A stretch of DNA of 64,000 nt from Zootoca vivipara. Its lineage: Eukaryota. The position numbers were made by a program, and so were the translations under genes. The stretch is taken from positions 52,452,001-52,516,000 of the forward strand of contig NC_083278.1 in assembly GCF_963506605.1 (NCBI RefSeq). The letters run 5' to 3'. A model generated the notes under the pieces. The model had not been told where the DNA came from. It was given only the letters and a program-made list of their open reading frames with translations, and did not search any database. Positions 27,494-41,557 of this stretch are shown piece after piece (the stretch's first letter is position 1; every line of letters begins with the position of its first letter).

Positions 27494-30397
27494 TGTGTGT
27501 GTGTGTGTGTGTATGTCCATAACAGCTGTCCAAGGATTAGGAAACAGCGGGAGATGCCAGGAGTGTGCTACAGCTTGGAAAATTAATAATAATAATCATT
27601 ATTAGGATTCCTAAAGTGTCCAAGAGTGTTCAGAGCAATTACTTGCAATAAAGCAATTACTTGCTTTATTTAAACATTTCCCATCCCATCCTTCAGCACA
27701 AGCGCTCTCAGAACAGCTAACAAACCCAAAGGTCCTTCTCTGCCCCCTTTATCCTCACAACAGCCCTGTGAGGTAGACCAGAATGAAAGTTGGTGAACAA
27801 CAACAATGCTCAGGGATGATGAGGGCTGGAATCCAAAAAACCTGAGGTGCTGCAGGCTTCACATAATTTCACTGTTTGCTTCTGAGAAGCTCCATTCCCC
27901 TAAGTTTAGTGGGATGGATGGATGTGGCACTCCGTATTTGGAACAGGAGGTCTTTTTTTGATACACAGGCTAAATACAGGCATTGAACCGTTATTAATGA
28001 TTTTTCACCTTTCCTGCTCCTTCCAGTGGGGCAAGGTTTTAAACAGCTGCAGGGTTGTAGCCCTTGCCGTGACTGAAACTTACATACTGTGGCTTTCATT
28101 TGCCCCCCCCCCCCCCCCGCCGAATTTAGCTTTTGAGGACTGAGATCTCTTTCATCTCCCTTCATTGTTGGATCTGTAAAATGTGCAGACTCAGGTTCTG
28201 TTTGGTTTTTGAAATGTTAATTCATTACTTCTCACTTTCTGTTCTTTTTTCTTTGCTGGTTTTCTTTGTTGCAACATTTGTCTGGATGTAGCTTGGGGGT
28301 GAGTCTCAGTGTCATTTCACTGTGCTAACATTTGAGAAACCAGCACAGTATTGAGCTTAATAGTGGAGATGACTTTGGTTCCGCTCACCGAGAACTCTTG
28401 AAATGGGCCCATTGGAGAGAGGTGCAGAAATCATCATAATATTGTGAAGCATCCCTGCAGCTCTTGAACAATCACATTTGCACAAATTGTTTATACCTTC
28501 TGCACTGGATGTCATATGTTCAAAAGGCATGTCGTTGCGTACTTTGCGGTATGCATCTAGGTTATTTCCACCCTTGGGTTTTTCAGAGTTTTGCCTTTCC
28601 CGTCTTGTAGGTCAGGGGCTCACTAGTGTGTCGGCCAGTACCTTCTAAGGCAACTATTTAAAGTTGCAGTGCCCTTCCCTTAAAAATCCACAATGCACAA
28701 GGGAGTGGGATGTATTCTACATAGTGCTAACTTAAAGTCACTCAGCAGTATACTTTGGTGAAATCCCTAGTGGAACACCTTTGCACAAGAGATGGTAACT
28801 TTGTCACACAATCATGAGATTCTTAAGAAACCCTGTGTTTTCAGATCTGAGAGCAAAAAAGAATTCATGAATCTAGATAAATCTGGTATTAGTCAGAGTC
28901 TTAAGAAGAATTCTTTGCTCACTGTGAGTCAGAGGTTTAGCAACTTCGGAATCAGAATTGGAGGAAACATAACAATGCAAATGCTAACAAGAAAAAGGAA
29001 TGTTACCAGTTTCATAGTTCAGTCCTATGCAAGGTATTTCAGAGGTCATTGTTGACTGTGCTCAGTTTCCTTCTAGGGGTGGATGTGTGTGTAGCTTAAG
29101 GGTATTTTCATCCAAGACTTAAATTTAACACAAGGCTGTGACTTCAGTTGACCTCTAATACAATTGTAAACTCATTTCAAGGCGAGTCAAGCTCCTTCAA
29201 AACAATTCTTGTCATTTCACAACAGCCCTAAACATCTATTGAGACTGATATAAAGAAGCAATCAACAAACAGTGATGAGATTCTGTAGTGTGTTTGCTTT
29301 TAAATTCTGGAGCATATCTTTCTAGGCAAGCATGAACAGCAAAAACAACATTGACCCACACACTGGCATTGCTCTTTCTTTGCTTTCTGCATCATTCCTG
29401 TAGGAACACCTAAGCAGCCTTTTCAACAGCAGGGCAGTGGTGTGGTGGCGTCTCTCACAAGAGAGACTACCTGATCTCTCCAACCGCTGTTCCTCACTAT
29501 TATGCAAAGTATTTTCTTTAAGCAGTAGCAGAAAGTGTGCTTTGCAACTTTAAGGTCCATATGGCCCACATCTGAATTTGAATGAGTTTGTATCATCAGC
29601 TCCAGCCAGCACTACCAATTGTCCTGGATGGTGAGAGCTGTAGCCCAACAACATTTGGAGGGCAACTGATTCCCATCTCTGATGCAAATGTGACCTTTAC
29701 ATGAGGCTGGTGGAAGTTTTTAAAGATCTCCCTTGCAGTACCTGTTGGTGAAACTAATGTATCCATTTAGTCTTGTGACTCAGCCTATCTTGATTTGGAG
29801 GAGGTTGGTGACAGATAAGCCCTTTCTTGATCCCATTTGATTCAGTTAGCCATACTTAGAGTAGACCCACTGATTTATATGTAACTCATTGGGAGATGAG
29901 CCAACTAACTAGAATGCTTGGGTTGAACTGAAAGAATCACACAAGGAGCTTCTTTTGTAAACATGTGCTGCTCAGTTACACACTACAGAATATCTCAAAG
30001 GATTTCAGGGGATTTATTGATCTTACCTTTTGTCCAGAAGTCACAAATGCAAGTTTTTTGTTGTTGTTAAAAACCATATCCTTAGCTCATTGGTTTCTTA
30101 TGCCTGAAAGGTAGAATGGCTGTTGTAGGAATCCTAAGTAGGAGACTCTTTTTGCGAAATTATTAAATGGAGGTACTGTCATGTTCATCAAGATTCCCAA
30201 GCTCACATGAATGTTGGGATGACCTGAGCTGAGATTGCTCCATTAGAGGCCGATTGAGCTAACAGCACCTCTTTTTTCCCTAGGATTCTAGTACGAATAA
30301 TGTCATATTGCTTCTTCCCATTTTCTAAGCCTAAGACCTTCCAATCATGTCACCAAATCTTGTAAGAATGGTGCTGTGCCTTGGGGAGAAGGGGTTG

Positions 30398-30529
30398 AAT
30401 AGAATTGTAGAGTTCAAAGGGCTGCCAAGGGCCTTCTAGTCCAACCCCCTGCAATGCAGGAATTTCAACTAAAGCATCCATGACAGATGCCATCCAATCT
30501 CTGCTTAAAAACCAATGAAGGAGAGTCCA
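30398..30529 (-). mobile_element. CR1 LINE 3' fragment
   Basis: Reverse complement of the CR1 end (ggttggactaga...attctat), homologous to 62458-62597. Confidence 0.8.
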
Positions 30530-30916
30530 CAAAAAGAAGAAATGTTGCCCCTCCACCGGTTTACCAGACTGACAGAGACTAATTGACAGCAGGGTTGCCT
30601 ATTCCTTAAGAAAAAAAATAGCAGGGCAGTAGATTACACACACATAGATATTAGCACATTATTGGGGGAGTGGCTTTATGGGGCACCAAAAATCACTTGG
30701 ACAAGGACTGGATATAGCTTGCAGGCTGCAGTTTAGCTACTTCTGGTTAAGTTAGTAAGTACTGTAGTAGAAATAAATCTGCAGAACCAGTTTTGGTACA
30801 TTACCTCCCATGCAGCTATCCAGCATAACTTTTCCTCTTTACAGGACATTTAACCCTTTCAGCACTTCAGTGCAGGGGAAAAAAATCCACCAAAATAAGA
30901 GGCTGTATTAAAAGAC

Positions 30917-30922
30917 TTTATT
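30917..30922 (-). terminator. Distal polyadenylation signal AATAAA (putative)
   Basis: Minus-strand context ctattgtgAATAAAgtcttttaatac at the end of the AT-rich UTR block. Confidence 0.55.
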
Positions 30923-31982
30923 CACAATAGATTTTTTTTTGTTTTGTTTTACAAATATAGTTCTTAAAAAGTAAGCATTTTGTTCTCTTATAACTTCAGA
31001 GATTTCTATAAAGGTGGAAGAAAACTAAGTGGGATATGCAGAAATAATAAGAAAAAAATACACAATATGACCACACAAGTTTACTGAATCAACAAGGTGT
31101 CACCGGGTATCATAGAGCTGTCATATAAACAAACATGGAATTTAAATTCGCATTTCTTAGGATTTAATATATATTTAAACAACTGCAGTGTGATATGCTG
31201 AAGAGCAATGTAAATTTAGACACTGTTGAAACAGGAAGAGACACTTTTTTAAAAATTAAAAATTGCCTTAAATTACATATACAGTGGTCAGCATTAGCTC
31301 AGTCACCCATAGTTACTCCTACTGAATGTAAACACAGTGTTATTTTACTAAAAGTTAATTCTGAAGCTATTTACACCATTGTAAATAATTTCAGGACTGT
31401 AGCTACAACTTTTTAAATGGTGATCACTCTGAAGTTTTATACTTTGGTGTTTTGTGTTAACATAAATCACTGCTTTGAGGATATAAAAACATGTTTCTCT
31501 GACACTTTGCAGTTCTACAGGGATACAATCTTCTTGTCTACTTACATCACTTTACAAAAAAGGTACATTATAGTGCAGCTTGTACATACAACCTGATTAC
31601 TGTATGTTATAGAAACATTGTGCTCTTTCAAATAATAAGACCAATGAACAAAAACCTACTATAATCAAAACTTCCCATAAAGAGAAATATTTAACTGATC
31701 AAAACACTTGTGTCAAATATCTTAAGGAAAATAAACCTGGTTAAATAATCACTAAATTGCCTGCAAGAGGAAAAATAAGAAATATCCAGTACAATTCCTG
31801 CTGCATTTATAAATTTCTATTTCGACTCTGTTTATAGTGACTGACAAAAAAAAATGTTTCACAGAAGCACAGTAACCATTTCACACATTTGGCCAGGTTT
31901 CCCCAAAATGGCACCAGTGGGTTTTGATGAGGTCCTCACTGGAAGATTGGCAACAAATAGGGGAGAAATCTATGCATTAGGC

Positions 31983-32118
31983 CAGGCATAGGCAAACTCA
32001 GCCCTCCAGATGTTTTGGGACTACAACTCCCATGATCCCTAGCTAACAGGGCCAGTGGTCAGGGATGATGGGAGTTGTAGCCCCAAAACATCTGGAGGGC
32101 TGAGTTTGCCTATGCCTG
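31983..32118. mobile_element. 136-bp palindromic hAT MITE in the putative MAN1A1 3'UTR
   Basis: Long, nearly perfect inverted arms caggcataggcaaactcagccctccagatgttttggg... with an 8-bp TSD cattaggc at 31975-31982 and 32119-32126. Confidence 0.93.
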
Positions 32119-34411
32119 CATTAGGCAATAAAAGATGTCAACTGGAACTGAACCACTGACAAAATACTACTGTTAGAGAGTGTTGGAAAAATGATTCCCT
32201 TTAAAGGCTTCCATCAGGACATTTTTGTGAAACAGGGAGCTTAAGGTGTAGTAGTATATCCTGCCTAGAATATGGGGTTGGACTGAATATTGTTTTTAAC
32301 AATTCACTACATATGGCATTATAGTTTGAGGGCTATAGGGTTTACTGAGCTTTGCTCAACCAGACAATACTTTTATGTATGAACATCTGCTGAAAGCCCA
32401 GAAGGACAAGTCTACAAAGGCCTACTTAAGTTCAATGATGCCATCTCTTGGAATGTTTAAAAGCCTATTAAAGTGAACAGAAAATATTGTGATCCAAAGG
32501 ATTTTGACCTTGGAAAATCAGGACAATTTGTCTTAGCTATACATAGCAGATTATATATCTACAGATCATTTTTTAAACAAAATGTTCCAGATTGATGCAT
32601 GAAGAGGAGAAGCAATCAATTGGCACAAAAAAAGGGCATGGTAATTCTACAAGGCAGCCTGTTTAAAATGGAGGCTGGCAGGACTTTAGTCAGAAGGCAG
32701 AAATGGAATACTATATTAGAAAACTGAAAACCATACTAGGTAATCCAAGATCACTGCCGTTTTTATTGGCTCAGTCTTAGAAGAGGCCCTCTGCTTTTGT
32801 TTCTAAGGCTTATTCCTCATATAGGATCTCAAATAAGACAATTCACATTATACTACTATGCCTCTGTGGGAGAAATTTGCTCAGAAGATGGATTCCCCCC
32901 ATCAAAACTAGCTTCCACAGAAAGTAAGAGGGGGTTCTTCTGTTGAAGCTGTAACTTAAGCTTAGGAAATCATTTAAAAATATCATTAAAAATAAAAAAA
33001 CTTATAGAGTTAGCAACCTTCTAAAATTGTGGTGACTCTGTAGCCCTACATTTAATTGTTGTCTTGCATTTGCTTTCCCATTTTAGGTTTTGAAGAGCCA
33101 ATTAAGCTTAAAAACAGAGTTCTGCCAATCAATACCAGCAGGCTTACATCATTCCAAGTTACCAGATGAGAATACCTGTACGGCTGAGTATATTTTGACC
33201 CTGTCCTCTTGCTTGTGTGTTGCATATATTTTCTTTATATGGCAGAAGCCACCACTATTTGCTCAAAAAAAAATTGAGAATTTAATTCCATTCTGCATTT
33301 AGACTTTGAATATACACACAATAGTGCTTTGGGTGATACAATAGGATGTTCTTTGCAGTTTGAAAAATGCATTATAGCCTGTGTGCTAGAAATAAAGCAA
33401 AAGCTCCTTTCACCTTCATTCCTTCAAAGGGAGGGGAAGGGAGGATAAAATATAAAGTTTCTCATAGCAGATAGTAAAGAAATGTTTAGATTTACCACAG
33501 TATTGATTTTCTATACATCAGGCTTTCAAACTCTTTTCAAATAAAAATGTTTAACGTGAATAACATTTGAATTAATGTCTCACGTAAATGAGTAAAGAAT
33601 TAAGCACACAGACACATAGCACAAGAACAGAGCATATGAAAGGCTTATTTTAATTAGTCTAACTGATTTTCTGGACTATAAAGATGTTAGCAGAAGTCCA
33701 GAATCAGAAACATGACACCAATTCTAGTTAAATAAAGGGAAAAAAGCTTGTATTTTCATTATTATACTTTATTATAATGGTTCTTGTGATGGCTTAAAAA
33801 ATCCATATACCAACACCATATCCAATTATTTGAACATCAGTCTTGAATAATAATCAAGTTTTAGTATAAGTAAATTTGCTAGCCAATTCATTTGTAATAA
33901 ACAGAGATACATGTGTGCCAGCAACTCGCATGGTTTCCTTTGATTCTTCAGCTACCATGCCTGATCTTAGAATAATTTTTTTAAAAAAATTGGGATGGGT
34001 GGGTAGGGAATGAATGTAGCATGGAGAGGCGCAGAAAGAGAAATCAGACATAAATTTGGGGGGAATTATTGCTTGTGTGTTCTCACTATTTTACTAGATT
34101 GAAATATAAGAGATTTCATTCCTATGGCCTAATCTTGTGCAACAGAACACTGCCATGACCTTCACAAATGCTGTGGCATAGTCCTGCGAAAATCTATTAT
34201 ACTGAAAGTTAGCATTGTATAAAGCTGTTCATCAGCGCAGAAACTGATGCAGATTATCACCAGATTTTTTAAATCTGCGGATCACTCATTTTATGCACCA
34301 TTCCAAAAAGTCCTTTAGCTACCAAGGAGTTACCTGTGTTGGATCAAATCTGTGGTTCTCATATTTCTTAGCATAACAAGGGTTGCAGTAGATTAGAATA
34401 ACAGTGTTGAC

Positions 34412-34501
34412 CATAGCTGCCAAGTTATCCCCTTTTTTAAGGGAAATTCCATTATGCTGAATAGGCTTGCTCGCGAGAAAAGGGAAAACTTGGCGGCTAT
34501 G
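34412..34501. mobile_element. 90-bp hAT MITE in the putative MAN1A1 3'UTR
   Basis: TIRs catagctgccaagtt / aacttggcggctatg with an 8-bp TSD gtgttgac at 34404-34411 and 34502-34509. Confidence 0.93.
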
Positions 34502-35804
34502 GTGTTGACCTGTTAAATCACAAGCACCTATGTGGTCAAGTAGTTTTAATATATTAACCACTAATTAAAAGCTATTCTTTTCAGAAAGGCATCCCAACTG
34601 GTAAACTGGAAAAAGCGGTGCTGTTTCATCCTCTGATTAGACTACTAACCAAAGTTATTGAAAAAAATTGGGCTGTCTCAACCAACATTCCATTTCTGTC
34701 ACTTTGATTAACACTCATTAATATGAGTACATAGAGGAATATTTTTTAAAGCAAAGCATTTAAAGCAGTAGTGGTTTGTTTCCATCTCTCAAATGTGAAT
34801 GAAAGCTGAAATGTGGATTTCTAAAGCATAGCACCTTCTCTTCCTACTTCCACAGCATTGTTCCTGGTCACACAGTGGAATGTCTGAAATGGCAATCAAC
34901 ATACTTGCAACACTAGCCAGTCCTAGTCTCGAAATGGACTAAGGCTTAACATAGAGGAGTTCACAGATCAGCCCATTTCTCATAAGAAATTACAAGTTTC
35001 AGGAGACACCAGGTTGTGCCTTCAAATGCAAATAATGCTGAATCTTTGCACTAACAGAAGGTTTTGAGAACTGCAGTCTCAAATTGTTGGAAATAAGGGT
35101 AAGTTCAGATGGCAGCTGCTACGATCTTGGTGTTGTGGCTGCTTGTGAAACCAAATATTGGGGGGGGGGGAGGACTCTAAATTTACTTGTGTTTAAGTTG
35201 ATTTGCAGTTATGTTCTAAAATTATTAGATAAGGGTTTCAACATCTGGACTTTGCCTATCAAGAAAAGCCACAGTTTAACATAATAGTGCACACAGATGA
35301 GATGAAACTATTCTTATGAACAGAACACCTTCTAAAGTATTCAAATTACCAATTAATGATAGACCCGCATAAGAAGAGGCTGTCACAGTCAGATTTGTCT
35401 CTAGTAATAGACAAACCACATTAACATATATTAAAAAAGAAAAAGCTCTTCATACTTAATTCTTTATGGCTTTTTGCAACACAGCAAAGTATTACAGCTT
35501 AAAGCAGACATCTCCTCACAGAGGAGGAAAGGATTTTGCAGTCAAAAACAAAACGGAAAACAAGTAACATGCTGACCTCTGTATTCTATTTGGCCAGATG
35601 CACACTGCAGCCTAACAAAATCTAGAGATGACAAGTTACAATTCCTGTCAAAAGATAAATACGTTTAATTATAATTAATTACTTTAGGTCCCTTGATAAA
35701 TATTGTATGGGTAGACACCCGACTGCAAAAGATTGATTCAAAACTAAAAAATGATGGAATTTTAATTACTACATTGTGTGTCCCAAACAGAATTCAGCAT
35801 TATT

Positions 35805-35957
<153 letters not shown>

Positions 35958-36049
35958 CTACAAAACTGGAAGGCTCACATAGGAATAATAATGGAACATT
36001 TGTATCTCTCAAAACACCTAGATCAATAAAAGTGCAATATATCTTAAAT

Positions 36050-36198
36050 GTGGCGTAGTGGTTAGTTGGTTAGTAGGACCAGGACCTGGGAGAACAGGGT
36101 TCAAGCTTATTATGTGACTTTGGGACAGTCTCTGTGCCTAAACTACCTCACTGGGTTGTTGCAAGGATAAAATGGGGCAAGGAAAAACCATGTCTGCC
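36050..36198 (+). mobile_element. CORE/MIR-like SINE
   Basis: tRNA-like head gtggcgtagtggttag...gggttcaa and core cctaaactacctcactgggttgttgcaaggataaaatgg. Confidence 0.6.
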
Positions 36199-36424
36199 AA
36201 CCCTTGGGTTCGGCGCGGTGCGCAACCCGAAGTGTCTGTAACCCGAGGTATGGCTGTATAGCACATTGCCAGAGTTGAAAACACTTCATAAATTCTCACT
36301 AATAATATTTATTATTCCCATGTTACAGAAAGTAGGGTTGGGTCAGAAAATGGAGAATTCAAAGTAACTAAGCAAATTTCTATCTGAGATGGATTGAATC
36401 GCAGGACTTTCTAGTCCTGCGAGT

Positions 36425-36605
36425 ATTTGTTTATATCTTGACTTTCTTTCAGTGAGCTCATAGCAGCATAAATGGTTCTCTCCTCCAGTCTATTCTCATA
36501 AAACACTGTGAGGTAAGTGGAGAAACAGGGATGGGTCCAATGCTCAAGGTTGAGTGGGAATTTGAACATGGTTCTCCTAGGTCCTAGGTCCAACACACTA
36601 CCCAC
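36425..36605 (-). mobile_element. CORE/MIR-like SINE (inverted relative to 36050)
   Basis: ctcataaaacactgtgaggtaag...gggaatttgaacatgg...ccaacacacta is the reverse complement of a SINE head and core. Confidence 0.55.
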
Positions 36606-37071
36606 ATGTCAGTTTTCAGAGGCACAGAACCAAATGACTGCAGCCTCACCCTTACTTGGAACCAATCTGCCTGATCACAGCCCTGGCTTTCCTGTTCACA
36701 GTTACATTTCTTTCTATGTCCTTGTCTGAACTGACATGCTTGCTGAAGACGTCAGCAGTACCCCCCTGCTTCTATTCTGGCCACGAACAGCATTTCTACG
36801 CAATTCTTTGCCAAAAAAAGCAGAACTCATTTTCTCCACCATATACCAAGATTATGTGCAACACTCCCATCTGTTAAAATACTATGGGACTTCAGTAAAC
36901 AGAACATCTTGTGTTTGAAAGACCACTAGCAATAACCTGCTTGCTTCTCCTGGTCCTGACTCCCCATATTCCCATACCCCTTTTTTGTTCTGTTGCCCTT
37001 TACGCCAGCCCATACAAAGATGAATGACTCTTAGCTCTTCAACTTTTAAACTGAAGGGTTTCAATTGCTTA

Positions 37072-37194
<123 letters not shown>

Positions 37195-38020
37195 TCAAAG
37201 AAAGGAAAAGAGGAGTTTGATATTTTAAAACTTACACCCTGCCCTTTAATGTAAAACATCTTCAGGGCACCTAATAGCACGAAGTTAAAAATTCAAACAA
37301 TATAAAATAGCATGATTAAACATCAGCATCACAACAAATGTAAAACAACTGCCCAATTGAAGCCAATGAGACCAGTTAATGATTACTATTCAAAGTATCA
37401 TTGATTTTGATCCATTTAACATACAATGTCAAAATGGAGTCCTCAAATTCCCTACACTGTAGTTTTTTCAAAGGGATACAGTTCCTGAACTCAAAGGACA
37501 TGCAGAGTAGAAAAACTACTCTCTTTATTCCATACCTAGACAAAGCTCCTATTGTACTGATGTGTTTCCCAGCTCACCAACCATTCTGATGGAAGTCAAA
37601 GATACTGAAAGATACTGGGCACAGTATAATTTGGGACTTAAATACTTGAAGTTATCCTAGTCTCTGCTGATGGGGCCCTACTGAGAAGTGCACCAGTGAG
37701 TGATTGCAGCTGCTACTATTATGGTTTTACCATTTCAATATTTGTCTGATATTCATGTTTTGATATTTATGATTACAGTTGCATTGAACTTTATATTTGG
37801 CTGTGGTATTTGCTATGTAATTATTGCTTTGGGATCACTTTTGACATGACCGGCAGCCAATAAATCCAAGGAATTGGACACTGAATATACTCATGTTAAA
37901 ATAGAGTGAGGTACTGAAGGATACTAAAAAAGAATGAATAGTTATTTTTCAAACAAAAGGAAATAGGAGATTTGTGGAGAACTGTCTGGGATATTCTGTG
38001 GGAAACTGCAGTCAAACATA

Positions 38021-38177
38021 TTTTGTGAGGGCACAAGGAGAAGGGGACGACAGAGAACGAGATGGTTGGAGAGTGTTCTTGAAGCTACAAACATGAGTCT
38101 GACCAAGCTGCGGGAGTGGAAGACAGGAGTGCTATGGTCCATGGGGTCACGAAGAGTCGGACACGACTAAACAACAA
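38021..38177 (+). mobile_element. BovB 3' fragment
   Basis: BovB 3' end with a 13-bp TSD gcagtcaaacata at 38008-38020 and 38178-38190. Confidence 0.92.
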
Positions 38178-38206
38178 GCAGTCAAACATAACTATGCATG
38201 AGTGCT

Positions 38207-38556
38207 AGTTAGTACATGAAGGGGTTAAGAGCAGAGAAGTTTGTTCCTAGACTCAGGTCACACTTCTCTGATGTGGGAGGAAGTGAAGCCTTCTCTTCCT
38301 GTTCCCTCTCTCTGTGCCATGTAACTGGCCAAGAAGATGTGTCTAAGCAAGTTCCAAGCATGTGTTTGATGCTTTCTGTATTTTCTACCCAAGAGTGTTC
38401 CGCCAGTGTTCTCCTTGCTGCTGCTTGGATAAATGCATGAATCTTTGGAACCTCTGGAAGGTTTTGTAAATAAAGCATTTTAAACGTACTTACCAGTGTG
38501 TAGTCAGTTCATTGCAAGAGTGGTAGAAAAAGAGAACACTGTAAAAGGGTCTAACA
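38207..38556 (+). mobile_element. Possible solo LTR
   Basis: (a)gttag...ctaaca inverted ends and an internal gtaaataaagc polyA-like signal. No clear TSD. Confidence 0.35.
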
Positions 38557-38979
38557 ACCTATATTCCTATTGCTATATTGCTGCTAGACTTTTGTGTGTT
38601 TAAACTCTGCAATTGGGGGCTCTCTTCTGCCACAGAGTGTGCAAAGTTCCATGTTTTGAATCTGGGCACCCAGCGGATTCTTTTGTTATTTACCCCCCAC
38701 ACGTGGGTCACAGGGATTAATATTTACCTCCCGTTTGTTTAAGACTCAAACTGACAATTTATTAGTCATTTCCAGCTAATGCACAATGTATGGAGGGCAC
38801 CAAGGAACTAAAATCAAAGAGTTAGAAACAATGTATAAGGTCACTCTTAATGAGGAATTATTTAAGGAACTGGATAATTATAAAAATAGATCTGCTGAAT
38901 TCACATGAGGCAGAAAAATCATTAATTTTTACTAGGCAAGCTTATTCTGAGTGAAAATAAAAGACATTGTTCAAAATTA

Positions 38980-39231
<252 letters not shown>

Positions 39232-40411
39232 TCAACTCTTCAGCATGTGGTAGAGCTTTATTAATGTACGTGAACCATTCGTATAAGCTTAGTACTATGC
39301 CACAGAAATATTTTTGCCATTTCTGAACTCCACTATTCAATGCTTGCATCACTAATGCATGACATTTTAGTGTGGAGGGCACAAATATTTTGAAAGCATC
39401 CCAATAAAACATAAAAAACCACACCTCTTCTATGACATTTATTGATATGTCTGGCCCTTCCAGGGAATAATGCAGAATAAAAAGGGTAAACTGGGTAAAA
39501 CAAAACTAGAAGAATGAATCTTCTTAAAAATTGTAGGCAACAACATTGGAATATGAATAGGCCTTATGTATGAACTACTCTAATAGTTTTCTAGCAATAT
39601 TATTTTCTCTCACTCCAGGGTTTATTGGAAAAGGAAACATGTCCTTGATAAAACTTTAGCTTGGATATTTAAAATCTTATTATTTGAGTACATAATGCTG
39701 ACTGGTCGAAAGGGTTTATATGCCAACGGTTTAGCCTGTTTTAAATAGGTCCAACTGGCCTCAACTAGAAGTCAGGTAAGGGACACTCCTTCAGCCGAGA
39801 TCCGGCGAGCACCCTCACTTTTGACTCTTAGGTGTATCCTCAATATCTTTTTATACTGACAAGTCTTGCATTGTTCTTTTAGTCTGGCACACCATTTTAA
39901 TTATTGTTTTGCATTGTTTTTAATGATGTTTTGTGTTTTATTGCAGTATACCGCCAGTATGTATATGTAGCATATACATACTTTAATAAATATTGATCTG
40001 TGCTTGTTTCAAGTTCTAGGCAATTCAAAATTAAGCTCTAGCATGCAGTGATCATACTTTGCAGCCAAAGTTGATACAAAAGTCTGCTACTTTTCCCTTT
40101 ACTGGACAGTTTGGTACAACTTGGAAGTTTATAAGACAAGTGCCTGTTCCTTTGGAAGCAGAAGCAACTATTAAAACACACTGAAATCTACACAGTAGTC
40201 ATTAGTAAAGGCAGTTAAGTGCAAGACATAGGAATACATTTAAATCTGCTGGGAACACGTTGCATATTTTTTAGCTTTTTTAAAATACCTGTAAAAACAA
40301 AACCTTTAGAAGTTTTCCCCTTGATGTACATGGATATTGGACAACTGTGTACAGTATCTACTGAATGTGTTTTAACAGAGGCAAAATGATACATAATGCA
40401 TGTGTGTTGAA

Positions 40412-40459
40412 ATCATAGAATCATAGAGTTGGAAGAGACCACAAGGACCATCCAGTCCA
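40412..40459 (-). mobile_element. CR1 extreme 3' end
   Basis: aatcatagaatcatagagttggaag is the reverse complement of the CR1 (attctatg)n tail. Confidence 0.75.
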
Positions 40460-40506
40460 GAAATGGGGAAGCTTCCAAGTAAACTGAGTAGAACTGATTT
40501 CTAGCA

Positions 40507-40643
40507 CAGCCTTCTCCAATGTAGCACCCTCCAGATGTTTTGGACTATGTCTTCCATTACCCCGTACCACTGGCCATGCTAGCTGGGGCTGATGAGGAGT
40601 TGGAGGTGAACAACATCTTGAAGGCACCAGGTTGGTAAAGCTA
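40507..40643. mobile_element. Older palindromic hAT-type MITE
   Basis: ccctccagatgttttggacta...aacatcttgaaggcaccaggttgg. Similar old copies lie near 4455-4560, 15128-15250 and 29590-29680. Confidence 0.6.
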
Positions 40644-40926
40644 GTCTAGCTTTTTACATGTCTGTCAAACACAGCCCACTACAAAACTTGCTACCAGTGT
40701 TAAAAGAGAGAGCAAGAAATACTCTTTAGTTAATAAGAAAATAGATTACAGGTAGTGTCATCCTGTACCAGTCATAGCTTCAGTGGTGCTGTCTAACTAC
40801 TCCAAAGACAGAAGAAGGTTGTCAAAAGCAGTTCTACAGCTGATCTTTGAATGCATGAATATACCACTCTGGGTCTTAATATCAAGGGAAAACTCCCCCT
40901 CAAAAAACTTCCCTCCAAACAACATA

Positions 40927-41166
40927 CAGTGATACCTCAGTTTATGAACTTAATCCGTTCTGGAAGTCCGTTCTTAAACCGAAACCGTTCTTAAACCGAG
41001 GTGCACTTTCCCTAAAGAGGCCTCCCGCTGCTGGTGCCCTTCCACTGTTCGGATTCCATTCTTAGACCGAGGTAAAGTTCTCAAACCGGGACACTACTTC
41101 CAGTTTTGCGAGTTTGTAAACCGAATCGTTCGTAAATAGAGCTGATCTTAAACTGAGGTGCCACTG
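40927..41166. mobile_element. Tc1/mariner (Tigger-like) MITE
   Basis: TIRs cagtgatacctcagttta / taaactgaggtgccactg, a TA TSD and an internal ttcttaaaccga repeat. Confidence 0.87.
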
Positions 41167-41329
41167 TACTCTGCTGACTGTAATTTATTTTAACTGTTTT
41201 TAATACTAAATTTCAAATTGCTGTAATCTGTGTCATCTGACAAAGGTATTTGAGAGCAGAAGCAGCACTAACCATCAATATAGAAATGGGCAAGTTTGGG
41301 GGGGAGGAAGAGCTACTCCACAAAGTTTA

Positions 41330-41557
<228 letters not shown>

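Larger units (their letters stand above)
30900..35804 (-). other. MAN1A1: Probable long MAN1A1 3'UTR (~4.9 kb)
   Basis: AT-rich and TE-poor after the stop. It ends in a typical UTR terminus with AATAAA (plus-strand tttatt at 30917-30922). A Pumilio-type TGTAAATA lies at 31375-31368. The end point is inferred. Confidence 0.65.

Noticed and set aside
1-30800. Exons of a second protein-coding gene (e.g. FAM184A)
   Set aside because: I found no recognisable peptide with splice sites. Small or non-coding exons cannot be excluded by eye.
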